A stretch of DNA of 64,000 bases from Bugula neritina (taxonomy: Eukaryota > Animalia > Bryozoa), in the NCBI GenBank assembly GCA_964035545.1, contig OZ037770.1, positions 2,636,662 to 2,700,661 on the forward strand, in the 5' to 3' direction. Position numbers and translations under genes: made by a program. Under the pieces are notes generated by a model that was not told the DNA's origin, searched no databases, and was given only the letters and a program-made list of their open reading frames with translations. Below, one piece after another: positions 34,701 to 48,480 of this stretch; the first letter of the stretch is position 1, and each line of letters starts with the position of its first letter.

Positions 34701-35621
34701 TCATTATTGCAACCTCTGTGCTTGATAGACAGGATAGAGAGGGGTGGTGTGACTGCTGTAATTGTGCTACTGCTCTATACATACTAACAGAGACTAGGCT
34801 AGTGTTTTGACGTGCCTTACATACTGTCATTGCAGCTCAATGACTGTGATAGTGTGCTATGCTCTCACTACTGCTTTACAATACAACCAAGTAACAGCAC
34901 TGGTTGATTTGATGTTCTAAGGCCCCAGCAATGTCTACCTTTAATGAAATCACCCTCAGTTTTAACTGCCAACATAGTTGATTATAACAAAACTAAATCA
35001 GAAAACTGGCATAGCAAAGTAAGCCAAAACAGATTTCGTAATACTAATAATTTCCCTATACACTGTTGTTGTAGATGACTACAGCAGGAACAGACTATAA
35101 AACTCAACCCAAAAGGGGTGTGTACCAACTCTAAAATATCACCATTATAGCTTATATAAAACTCTACATTTTCAAATGCAAATGTATTATTAGGCCAATC
35201 AGATACAAACATCAACTTATTGTGTAAAGTCCTGCCAATCAGAATTGTTTAAAAGCTGCCAAGCTTCAAGTCTACCCAACTGCCAAAAACAACCAGCTCA
35301 TTCACCACTATGTCAATAAAAAAAACCATTAAATGTGTTTGCCAAAACAGCTGGGGTTGTGGTCAAACTGCACCAGAGTGTTTGTGCAAGAATAAAAATT
35401 TTAGTTGCATTTTTTGAGCACTTAATTTAAACATTTTGAAAAATGAACTCATTGTTCATAAATTTAAGATATGAAATAAAACAATGCATGTAATAAAAGT
35501 TGCACAGCTATTTTCTAAAAGTATGCATTTTGCATTTGAACTTGCAGAAGTTTATATAAGTTATAGTGGTGAGTATTCTAGAGTTGGTACAAGGTACTAA
35601 ATGTACCAAATTTACATCGTC
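31719..35621. repeat. Large inverted duplication / foldback (arms ~800 bp)
   Basis: 31719-32477 plus 34297-34336 is the reverse complement of ~34822-35621 with few mismatches. Confidence 0.92.
32478..34288. mobile_element. Non-autonomous hAT transposon
   Basis: TIRs CAGGGATGTAGTGGTA / TACCACTACAACCCTG; perfect 8-bp TSD AGTGAGAG; GC-rich subterminal tract; no transposase ORF. Confidence 0.88.
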
Positions 35622-37222
35622 CATTGACAGCCTACAGCATACATGCATAATAATTAGATACTGAACACTGGGCTAAACCTTAAATTGATCTTATAGTATA
35701 CAATGTACTTAAAATAATCATATGTGAATTAGAAAAACTGGAAGTACACCTGCTGCACTATAGACAGACCTTTACTGACAAGACTGCAAAGTGAAGTGAT
35801 TTAGCTGAAATTAACTCTGCTAAACAAACAAAGAATTATGTTGTGCTGAGGCATTGTCAATAGATTGTAACATAGTGAGATATGATTCAGCTAAGTGCTA
35901 ATGTAAAACAGGGAACATTATATTGGCAGAAATTCAATAGATTGCCAATTTGTGCTAGAGGGTACTATATGTTATTGTGATAGCGCAGAGCGGCAACCGT
36001 ACTATAGGAATGTTATAATTAGTCACAGGAGCGTAGCTAGAACCACCATATGAAAAATTTAGAAAATTGCAGTGAAACTTGCAAAATGGTGTATGTTTTT
36101 ACTAAATTGTGAAGAGCATAAACAGAATTTCAAAAAACAAAAAAAGTATATTAGAGAAAACATATCAAGGAATGTCAAGTTTAACTTTTAGACTTTATAA
36201 AATGAATCCCCTGTGCTACAGCAGTGGAACATGGAGGGTGTAAAATTTTACTTATTATGCAACAACTTTCTCAGAAAATTTTTTATTGAAAAATTAAAAA
36301 AGTATATGAAAGAGGAATGCAAGAGCTATTTTTTCATGTAAAATTTATTAATGTGAGACAAAAACTGTTCGAGCTATCCCCTGGAAACCGTTTATATATA
36401 ACATAAAGCAGTGCCTAAATCTGGAAAGTAATGACCTTAAACTAACTGTGCTGGTGGTCAAGCTAGTCGGCTCGTCGGCTGCCGCCGCAGCGCGTGTACA
36501 GCCGACTTGGCTGGTGACGCCGACGACACCAACACGTCATTGTCGGCCTCAACTTGCTGTACTGTTGTCCCAGGCCAACACGTACCGTCGGCTTGGAAAT
36601 ATGCATTCCTAAGCCTGAGAGCTCTCTCCACCGTCTCAACCTCAGCTACCAGCAGGTGTTACCTTAAACCAAGGTTGTTAATAGACTGGAGGAAAGCATC
36701 CAGTGGCAGACTCTGTCAGCCATTTGCAGCATATGCCGTCCTCCATCGCTACTAGTTTGACTGGTTCTTGACGGGGTATGTTCTCCTCGTCGGCCATCTT
36801 TTACTTCCTGGCTAGGAGCATTAGCAGTAAAAAGATTCAACCGCAGCTACCACTGTTGTAAATTTACGCTTCACTTGTAATTATCGGGTCTATTTATGCA
36901 AAACCATTATGCCAGGTTTACAATTACCAACACTTTATTCTACTTATTAAACACACTGAATAAAACTGTGCAAGTAATAAAACACAATACATAATCAAGA
37001 AGAGAATATACAAAACTTTACACTAACAGTTCCCAATGTTATCTTCTGGCTAGTCAAGTAGACTAGTGCCCAATACAAGTAGCTCAGCTCTGCCCACTAC
37101 TAATTGCTAACAGTCCATTCATTGTATGGCCAGTGTGTACGAGACTGGTTTAGTTGATTGGCCATCCGCTGGCACCATCACACTAGTTGATCTGCGATGC
37201 AAAATAGATCATGCCATCAGTT

Positions 37223-37769
<547 letters not shown>

Positions 37770-38509
37770 AGTTGTCCTTTCGATAATAATAAACCTATAC
37801 AAAGTATCTACACATGACTTTTGCCTCACTGCTATAGAAACTATTAATGCTTGTTAAACCAGAAAGAATAAACTGAATGAAAGAAGTTCTTTATAAAAAA
37901 ATGCTTGGGAACAAAAAGTATGTATTTGTTATATTCATATACTGATAATATAAGCCACACATTACATTATGTTTCTATATATACAATTTCATCTGCTTTC
38001 ACTGATTGCATTTATCAGCCTCCTTTACATTGTACAGCTCTAACAATTTTCATTTGTATAGTGTGCAGTAATAAGAATTCCATGATTTTATTTTATAGAC
38101 AGTATAATATGATGCAATTCATATAGTTTAACTTTATGTTGGCATATACAAGGTATTCACATTATAATATAATATAATATAATATAATATAATATAATAT
38201 ACATAGACACCTCACAATATTATAGTCATCTATTTGTTATAGTGATATGCACAAAATATTTATGTAGACTGTTAACCACTAGCTTAATTTATACTACTTT
38301 CTGATACACAGCTTATTATGTTTAATGCATAATAAAAGAACACAAATATTCTTATATAAAAATCAACAGATATTATATATACCATGCAGTTTAAAGTGCA
38401 TGCCAGCACTATTATGCTTAATTGACATTTTGAAAAAAATATGGTATCATAGGAATTAGAATAGCAAACTATGTCAGTTTATCCAGTTGATGTATTGTGG
38501 GCAGTGTCC

Positions 38510-39063
38510 TGTAGAAATGGTACAGGTAATATTGGCACAAATAGAAAAGTAGGTAAAAATAGCACATGTTTTCAATATTGGGGTGGGGGTTTGGAGTTTG
38601 AAAGAGTGGTTTGAGGTGAGGATTTTGGGTTTGTACTTGGGGTTCTGGAGTTTTGGGGTGGGGGTTTGAGTTACGAGTGAGGATTCGGGGGTTCAAGGGT
38701 TAGGGGCTTGGGTGGAGGGTTTGTGATTTGAGTTTAGAAAAATTTAACATCAGTGTAGTGAAATTAGCGCTAGTTTGCTTAGCTATTTTAGCTATAATAA
38801 AAACATACAAAGAAAAGTTTTCTGCAGCACAGCCAGTGCTAACTGAAAGACCTCTGGCACTTGATAATAACAAGAGCTAGTGAACTAGTTGATTTTGTAG
38901 AGAGCAAAAATAATCTTGACTGTATTTAACTAGGCTGTGATTTGGCCAGTAAAACCTCACTAATGTCCTTTATTATATTATTATTCTAGCATTACACTAT
39001 ATTATTATGTGTCATTTTTACCTACTTTTCCATTTGTGTCATTATTACCTGTGCCATTTTACA
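38510..39063. mobile_element. MITE-like element with ~55-bp TIRs enclosing a G-rich tract
   Basis: gtagaaatggtacaggtaat..gtaggtaaaaat vs atttttacctac..attacctgtgccattttac. Confidence 0.55.
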
Positions 39064-39124
39064 TGCACCAGTTTAACCTAAAATAATTGTGGGTTTCAAC
39101 AAGCAAACTCTTCTCACACATAAC

Positions 39125-39662
39125 TGACAAAACAGAGTTTTGGTGCCATCAAGTACCACCTATCTGTGTGAGGTAGGATTCTCATCAATTCAAAAAGAAG
39201 AGAAACTGCTTTAACCTGCATAGTTACTCAAGATGGGCCTGGTCATAAACAGAGTCAGACTCAAAAGCATCAATTGCAGCCATAACATTGATAATTTAAT
39301 TGCTCTGTGTTTTATAGCATCACTGCGTTTCCATTATCGCATTATGCGAATGGATTTTTTCATTCGGCTAATGGAAACAGTTACATCGGATGAAACCGCA
39401 ATTATAAGTTAATGCAAACCACAAACCACAAATAATCCGTACGAAGCATTCATTCGCATTATGCGCAGTCATGGAAACGCAGTGCATGAAAACAACGATG
39501 ATATTACTATTATGATAAATATATTATATGCAAACATAATAGAATAAAATATCATATATTAACATTCAGTAAGTCATAAAATCTTTTCGCTCTTTGAAAG
39601 GGGGGAATTAATAGTAAACGTTTACGAAAGGGGGAATAGTATGAAAAAGGTTGGGAACCATT
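39125..39662 (+). mobile_element. 3' remnant of a hAT (Charlie/Buster-like) element
   Basis: RVLVPSSTTYLCEVGFSS..KKKRNC dimerisation motif; end aaaaggttgggaacca is the reverse complement of a Charlie-type TIR. Confidence 0.7.
39321..39484. mobile_element. PIF/Harbinger-like MITE, 164 bp
   Basis: TIRs cactgcgtttccat / atggaaacgcagtg; 3-bp CAT TSD. Confidence 0.8.
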
Positions 39663-39673
39663 AGGCTATAGTA

Positions 39674-39966
<293 letters not shown>

Positions 39967-41182
39967 TACTACTGTTCATATATAAACTATATAACTATCT
40001 CAAACATATAAATATAGAATTATTATAATTATGCCAACTCAGTTGCTTTTATTACAGGAGAAGTAGATGACATTTGCATTACTCTTAACCCTGCATAGAT
40101 TCTCATAATAACTAGTGAGTGTGAAACACAATCACTGCAAATAAACTAGCCAATTAAGAGCTAATTGAGACAACTTTGAAACTTACTTTCCAGGGTAAGT
40201 CATGTGAGCTGTTGACTGCTAGTATAGTCACTTGCCAGTTGTCACTTACTAATTGCTGGTTGTCACACTTACTAGTTGACAGTTGCTAATTGCTGGTTGT
40301 CAGTTACTATATAAGTTGCTACATATAGTTGACAGTTGCTGCTTACTATAATTGCTGGTTGTCAGTTGCTATAAGTTGCTAGTTGCTATAAGTTGTAGTT
40401 TCTACAATTAAATGATTCTTCGGACTCAACTTGCAAGTTTGACATAAAAATCAATTGCCTCCTGATTTGTGTCTAGTTCTTGTATTATGCAGTTGTAATT
40501 AAAAAACCGTATTGATTTACTAATGCATGTACCACTTACATTGCAACATATGCAAAATTGTATATGAAATTATTTTGGTGTTCAAAAAATGTGTCTTTTA
40601 CATTATTAGATTTGCTATTTACAAAAACATTTCTAGAGGCAGAAAGAATCATCAATAATTGTAATAAAGAAGTATAGTGATCCATGCTGTTATCAATTAG
40701 TTAAACACTAGTATTGATTGGAGCTAACAGTAACACAATTAAACATACACACACAGAGTTAGCTATTTGTTTTATTCTCTCACACTGTTTACATATCTGC
40801 AAATATCAGCAGCAATATGAGTTAGAGCAAGTCTAAAAATCACTATATATCACAAAGCATAGTTTGTAGAAGTTTTTATTAAAAGAAGTTATAAAGGAGT
40901 CTCTTAAAAAGATGCAAAACCGCCTGTACCCTTGTGTTAGCTTTCCATGTAACATTTACATTCTCTATTTCAGTAACATTAGTTAACCACTTGAATTCTG
41001 AGTCAATCACCTTGAGCAATGCCAAGCCATGGTTCTCTCTACAAACCTAGTCTCACGTCTATGCTTGTCCAAGATGTATATGAGTGGTAATTAGTAAGAT
41101 CGTCAGTACTTTGTATGCTTTGTCACTCTTAAGACAACAGCAACTGATCCTACAATAATTATACTAAATTGCTTTTGAAACA

Positions 41183-41315
41183 ACAGTGGTTATTACTACA
41201 GTGGTTATTACTACAGCGGTTATTACTACAGTGGTTATTACTACAGTGGTTATTACTACAGCGGTTATTACTACAGCGGTTATTACTATAACAATTGTTG
41301 TTACCACAGCGGTTA
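41183..41315. repeat. 15-bp minisatellite (ACAGYGGTTATTACT)
   Basis: About 8 tandem copies. Confidence 0.9.
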
Positions 41316-42070
41316 GGAACAGACTCTGTAAAAGTCAGCTTGTCAAAAGTTGTGTACCAACTCTAGTAATTCACCATTCTAATAAGCATAGAATTCTGCA
41401 AGTTTTACTAAATATGAAATACAAGCAATTCTGAAAATACAATTGAAATGTCTTTTACATGCATTAGTTCTTGTTTTTAATAATTAATAATACAAAGTCA
41501 CGTGTCTTTAGTCTGCTTTTCGAACCTTACAAATTAGTCAATTAGAGATTTTATTAAAAATTTTTTTGCTCTATATTCAAAAGATGATATGATATTTGCA
41601 CATTATGCATTTAAAAGCTGATGCTGTCTTATCATTACAGCACCTCATAAATATGTTTATCATTCTATGTATGTGACATTCTTTATAGTCAATTAACTGG
41701 CAGTTGGTAAAGTATGAGAGCTATAATAATATTTGTTGTGTAGTAAAATTTTAGAACATGGTGCATAACTTAAAAAGAATGAGTTATTATAGTGCTTTTA
41801 CAACATCTATTGTATAATATTGTAATTAGTCATATTGTGCATATTAGTATAGTTGGTTTGAATAATATACATTATATTATAAGTATGCAGCATAGAAGAG
41901 AATATTGAACTCAGCCAATGAGCATCTACTCTAACTTTTGTTTAACTTTGCCAGTTCAATGAACAATTTTTTTAAAAAGGAAATGCAGCTCGGATTAGTG
42001 TTATATTAAAGCATTAGGATATGTTTTCTTTACAAAGAATACTATATTGAATAAACTATAAATGTAGCTT

Positions 42071-42298
42071 TTGTGTTTGTGTTGTGTGTGTGTTGTGTGT
42101 GTGTTGTGTGTGTGTTGTGTGTGTGTTGTGTGTGTGTGCCTATGTTGTGTGTGTTGTGTGTGTGTGTGTTTTGTGTGTGTTGTGTGTGTGTTGTGTGTGT
42201 TGTGTGCGTATGTTGTGTGTGTTATGTGTGTTGTGTGTGTGTTGTGTCAGTGTGTTATGTGAGTGTGTTGTGTGCGTGTGCGTTTGTGTGTGCGTGTG
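42071..42298. repeat. Cryptic TG-rich simple repeat
   Basis: Degenerate (TG)n with TT interruptions. Confidence 0.9.
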
Positions 42299-42567
42299 CC
42301 ACGAACACTGATATCTACTAATCATGTATTTACTGTATTGATGATTTCCATAATATTGAAATGCTATATTTGAGTTTATTTAGCAAAGATAAATTATATT
42401 TCTTATTGCACTACTAATACTAAAACATAAATGGTTGTCACACAATAATAATATAAAGCTAAAAAATATCAGTTCTCGCTAATAAATGTAGAAAAAACAC
42501 GGTGATATTTGTATAACAATAAACTAACAACTATTTAGATATTCCAAATGCTTTCCTCTGATTCACT

Positions 42568-44079
42568 TTAGAATAGATGGGGCGCCACTCCAGCAACACC
42601 AAAGGTGTTTCCCTGTAGAATACAGTAATGCAAAATATTACTAAGTGAGTCAAATATGGAAAAAAATTGCAAAATAGAAATGGGCATGAAAAATATAATT
42701 TAATGCTACTAAAGCAATTCTTTTATAGCTTGCAATACCAAAATATTATAGCCATAACAATCAAAGTCCAAAATTTTGAAGTTTTAGGCCTGTTGATAAT
42801 AAAATGTAGTATGGTCAGAAAATTATGATCAGTACATTACATGTATATATTCTAGAAGTTACTTGAACTGTACTTACAAGGCCAACTGCAGTCCCAGAGT
42901 CTAATAACACTCCATTACTCGAACTAACTTGGTGAGCAACGTTACTGCTATGTCCCCCACTGAGAGCCACATCTGTACAATAGAATTGAGGCTATATACA
43001 TGTCTAACATATGAATATATACATTCATTTAACCTAAACTGAGTTGTAAATAATTTATACTTAATATACTGTAAAATACCAAACTTGTGCATCGTGTGAT
43101 ACTAACAACATATTAAATAATATATTACTATACTATTATATAAAATTTTATATTCTAATCTCTCAGCAATGTATAATTCTTATTACACAGAAGAAATGTT
43201 GCTACTTTTTGATTATATTTGAATAATAAAATTCTTCCTTTTTTAATGAACTAATCTATTGGATAAATCCACAGCATGCAGCATGTACTCATATTTTCTA
43301 TGCCAATATTTCATCAAAATAAAATTATATACTATAAAAAGCTGTACACTTTTGCAGTTTGATGGCTATAAGTTTAGAGCTATTTTAGGTTCATATATTT
43401 GTGTAAAATATTTTACTAATTTTGTATAAATAAATACTCACTGAAGTGTTTGCTGTGACTGGCTTTGTATGCCTGATCAAAGTTGTTATACAGCTTGCCA
43501 TTCAAGAACTGATTACCTTGTAGATGGTTTCCTCCAATTAGACCTGTCGAATATTTATTCATCAAGTATAATAATATAATAGATCTGTGATACTATAAAT
43601 ATAATTTATCAATTTAAATATTATTCTTTATTTATCTAAATATTAAGAAGATAAAAGCTGAACATAAAAAATCACAAATAAATAGTTTCTCTGAGTTCTT
43701 AATTTTCAACTGAGGCCTGCCACTTAATTAAACTGTTATACACTTATAGTTGATTATAACTTACTAGAAATTCAAACTAATAATTATAACTGTAGATATG
43801 GGAAACACCAGCACTAGAACATATCTCCATTTTCTTGTCCATTTCTTGTCATTAATCTAAACTGTTTGTTCTATATATAGATCACTCACCTCCTCCAAAA
43901 CCTCCACCAAATGCGCTAAATCCACCATGACCAATGCCACTGATGGGGCCGACAAAACCTCCCCCTCCTCTCAGATACGGTGTACCGTAGTGAGATCTGA
44001 AACCAAGATTTTTGCTGAATTGGAAAGCAGATGCTGCAGCTATAAGTGCTGTCAGAAGAGCAAGTTTGAGGCCGTTCAT
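42568..44079 (-). CDS. Secreted Gly-rich protein, 143 aa, 4 coding exons (unknown family)
   Basis: Exons 43890-44079, 43442-43543, 42878-42972, 42568-42612, all GT-AG and in phase; signal peptide MNGLKLALLTALIAAASA; GGGGF/GGF repeats; AATAAA at 42375-42380. Confidence 0.85.
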
Positions 44080-44565
44080 GATGTGTTCTAAAATAAATAA
44101 TAAGTAAAAGGTGTAATAGAAAAGATTCAAAAGAAATGTTTATATAAAATGAATCACTCTATGAAAATATTATTATAAGAGATGTCATTAAAAAAGCTGT
44201 CTTTTTAACAAATTCATAAAGTTAAATCAACATCCTTATGAAATTGCTTTTAATCCAAACAGCTATGAAATAAAACAGAAATGATATTTTATTTTAAAAA
44301 AGTCAAAAGCAGTTTCTTCAAGGTGAATTAGCTACACAAGTTTTTATTGAAGATATCTATCAGTTTTTCTAATATCATATTTTATCTGTCCAAAAAGATA
44401 GAAAATTGACTTCACATGAAACCCTGCATGTCTTGACAGACTTGGAAAGTATTTCAAGATTTTTTTAATCACAAAAATTTGATTTAAAGCTATAAGAAAA
44501 CTGAAATAATATTTGCTATATTTTAAATAATGAAAACTGTCACCAGATAATATGCATGCACTCAC

Positions 44566-44648
44566 TCTGTTATAATAAATCTGAACAATTTTTCGAGCCA
44601 AGGTTGCAAGACACAATGACTATCTCAAATGATGTTCTTGCTTATATA
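44566..44648 (-). promoter_or_regulatory. TATA box + Initiator + non-coding first exon of the Gly-rich gene
   Basis: TATATAA at 44648-44642, 31 nt upstream of TCATT (+1 near 44617); GTGAG donor at 44565; tttag acceptor at 44088 just before the ATG. Confidence 0.65.
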
Positions 44649-45444
44649 CAACCAAGAAATTTAATTATATTTTGAATGATTGATTATTGGAGTATTTTAA
44701 ATTAGCTGAGACCGGAGGTAATTAATTTCCACGAGTCATATAGTAGATTTTCCAATCACGTGAGTCTGAATACACAGGAAACACTGCCAATCACTCAAAC
44801 TGATAAAGATAGATTAAGAAATGCTTCTTGAGATTTATGAATCCGCAATTCAAGTACTTGATTTAAATTTAGTACGACTCCGGTGCAAGAATGTTTGATC
44901 ATAGATTACTATGAAAATTCCTTTCAACTTATGCAACATTGGGTTTTACATTCTTTATATTTCACCGCAAGCGAGTTAGGCTATATATCTTATTTACACA
45001 CGTTATCTTAAAAGTTTCTGTTAAATTATATAGCATTTAAATTTCATCCAACACTTACATAAACCTATTCTTTTAGCATATCGTGAGATTGTATGGTATG
45101 TATGATGGCATATTACCCATAACATAAGTTTATTCATTATTGGTGCAGTTCCAATTTATCATATGCAGCTATTGAAGTTGTCTACTCTTAAAAATAGTTT
45201 TCCAAGCATATAGAAATATCTATACAAATAGGTTAGTTTAAGAATATTTAAATAAAATTTTATTAGTTTTAGGTGGTGCATACAAAATTAAAACCTTATT
45301 TTGATTTACCTTGATTTACCATAAACTATGTGCGTGTATAATATATATCAAATCCTTACTTAGCCTGTTTACCTTAATAATTATACCCCTTACTGCTTCA
45401 TTATTTAGTATAAAATACAATAAAGTTTATAATTCTTATCCTTA

Positions 45445-45580
45445 TAGAAAAGCCCTGTTAAAAAGTGTCGTTTGTTAAATAGGGCTAAGGACCTATTCAG
45501 ATGGTGTACAGGAGTAATTATGACTGAATGCTCTTCCATTATATCACCAATGGTCTTCATTTTTGAGGTTCAAACCCAAA
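45445..45580 (-). mobile_element. Decayed SINE copy
   Basis: Reverse-complement similarity to 60791-60995 (B box, cattcagtcataattactcctgt core). Confidence 0.55.
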
Positions 45581-46932
45581 TCAAGTGTTGTATATGACGA
45601 TACATATCCCAACAACAAGTTTTCACCCAAAGTTGTGTTTGCAGAATGTGTTTACCAGACAATTAATAAACAAACGTCTGCATTTTATCTGGTTTCTTCT
45701 TCTGTGAAGCCATTTTGTAAATATGACAAGTTTTGTGTCAATCGGAGTAATCTTAGAAAGTTAGAAAGATTCATGGTTTGCGTGTGCCAATTTTTTCTTT
45801 ACTCACAAATTCCTGGAATACCGTGAGTGTTGGTAGCTGGTGGTTGTAGTAAACCATTTAATCTTATATTTTGTGAAATGTAATATATTATACACGTATA
45901 TGCAATAACCATGCCACATTAATCTTGCGCACGTAATTACATTTCTCATTACAGTATATTAAGCCATTCCCTTGTTTACTATTATTTTGCACGCTAGAAG
46001 TGGCCTGCACTGGCTGAAACTAATTAAACCATAGGTATTTTATGTTCTAAAGAATATTTTCTGCAGGCAGCCAAAAGTTCTCATTTAGCGAAGTAGGTGA
46101 AGTAATGACGAAATTGAGAAAAGCCTGTGTTCTATAGATTAGAGGTGTATAATAAGAAGTTATGTTCTCACAAAAATTTCAACCCATGACCAAAACCATA
46201 TTTCAATAATATAATTAAATGTAACTTGGGCTATCTCAATTTCTTCACTACCGCTCCTAAATACATTCAGCTTTGCATGACCTCCTATTGAAGTACGATT
46301 CCCTGTTTGTGTGACATACTTAGTTATGGTAAAGTATGTTATGTGTAGTAGATCTTGAACTTGCCAGTCATACTGGGAATAGCTTTGCAACAACAAAAGA
46401 TTAAAAAATTGGCAAAGCCCATCAGAAAATATAGTTACATAATATAATATCCTATTCTATTAAGCATGCCGTTACATAATACAAAGCATTAACTATAGTT
46501 ATATATCATAATAAGCAATAATTATGTAACGGAATAACTATAGTTATATCTAATCACATTAACTAGTTTAATATACTAATATTTAAAAGAGTTATATAAA
46601 ACATCAAACAGGATGTCATCTGAAAAAAAACTTTCATCATAAGTAAGAATCTTCTAGAATAAGATCTGACAGGTAGCGTGTGCAGATAAAGTGCTTCAGT
46701 TGACTATCAATCACTCTGAAAGGATTATGGTCTCAGCTAATCAGGGACGTGTGCCAATAGATATCTTAAGACGATAATAAAGTGTCCCAATTGATGGAAT
46801 GTGGAAATTATTGGTTAGATTTATTGCTAATTCAATGTTTAATCTCAACTAAATATGAATGATTCATCCCTGTTTCCTTATAGACAAATATTCTTTCTTT
46901 TTACCAACATTTCATTTAATTTACATATACCT

Positions 46933-47170
<238 letters not shown>

Positions 47171-47805
47171 AAAATAAATTAAATTACTATAGCAAATAAA
47201 AAAAATTAATATATAAACACTGGCATATTAACATGGAAAAGGTCATTGGTGATGTCAGAAAGAGTATATTGCATTGACGAAAAATAGGTAGTATTATACT
47301 TTGATTTAATGGTAAGATGGTTTGTCAAGTGTTACCAAATATGCCAAGTGCTTTTAAAGGTTTTCAATGCAGTAGCTTAGTAAAAATAAGATCATAATAT
47401 TTTTAAAATGTTATTAGTGAACAGTTATAATATAAGTAAAATTTCTATAAGGCTGAATCACAGGAAAAGTTGAAAGTTATTACTATAGCCTCTATATGAA
47501 AATTTAATGGATATTATATTATAACCTAGTATAAAATAGTATTTAATATAGCATGTATAAAGCATAATGGCACAACCTATTTAATATAATTGTATATAAA
47601 TAACACAAAAATTTGATATGTAATCTAATACGTACAACATTTCATACAATCTATATGTATATAATAAAGTATGCCTTATAGTGAATAATATTTGTAAGTT
47701 ATCAAATGTTCAACAGCTTATCTAAATAGCATATATAATAACAATTGTGTTTTTTTCAGAGCCTTGTTTGATAAGGAGATCTCTTTTAGAAAATCAGTTA
47801 TGTCT

Positions 47806-48009
47806 CATGACTTCCTGTGTTACATGACTTCCTGTGTCACATGACTTCTTGTGTCACATGACTTCTTGTGTCACATGATTTTTTGTGTCACATGACTTCC
47901 TGTGTCACATGATTTTTTGTGTCACATGACTTCTTGTGTCACATGACTTTTTGTGTCACATGACTTCCTGTGTCACATGACTTTTTGTGTTGCATGATTT
48001 CTTGTGTCA
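47806..48009. repeat. 17-bp minisatellite (CATGACTTCCTGTGTCA)
   Basis: About 12 tandem copies. Confidence 0.92.
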
Positions 48010-48334
48010 AATTATTTCACTAAAACCAGCGCTCTAACCCCGAGACCACGGCTGCTCCCAAAATCATGTAACATATGCCCACTATTCACTGCCATATGTG
48101 CTGATTGAGTGGCAGGAAAACTATATAATATTTACTATAAGCTCTAATATTAGTATATAATGATTGGTAGATTATTTATCAATGAGAAAATATTTAGCAA
48201 AAGTTTTCATGAGTCAGCAGTTCTTTTTCTTAAAGCTGCTGTAGCGTTGTGAAGTGTTCTTATTTATGTGAAATAAGAATTTTGTCAACAATGAAGGAAT
48301 GCAGTGAGTCAATATCTCTGTGGCTATAAAAACT

Positions 48335-48480
48335 CATGCCAGTTTATAAAAAGCCCTTGATGGAAAAAGTTTAACTTTGTTACATTTTATATTCAGATGA
48401 GGCACAGGAGCAATTATGACTGGATGTTCTTTCTATATATGTTCTTCCATTGTCGAGGCTCACACTCATGACAATTACTA
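48335..48480 (-). mobile_element. Decayed SINE copy
   Basis: gaggcacaggagcaattatgactggatgttct is the reverse complement of the core at ~60885-60915. Confidence 0.6.

Larger units (their letters stand above)
30200..36450. mobile_element. CACAG-terminated DNA transposon (CMC/EnSpm-like, non-autonomous) inserted in Gypsy-3 gag
   Basis: TIRs cacagttggtttaaggtcat / atgaccttaaactaactgtg, imperfect over ~100 bp; 2-bp CT TSD. Removing it restores the in-frame gag (AAAADEPTSLTT|SFIRELLAEIKHL). Confidence 0.8.
27512..37182 (-). mobile_element. Gypsy-3: older, internally deleted Ty3/Gypsy element split by nested insertions
   Basis: Integrase/RNase H/RT fragments 27680-29850 (IYLDD); gag knuckle ~30050-30095; gag 5' part 36453-36800 (LDAFLQSINNLGL); PBS-like TGGTAGCTGCGG ending near 36852; LTR ~36854-37182; LTR-end remnants at 27512 and 27551. 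Confidence 0.8.
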
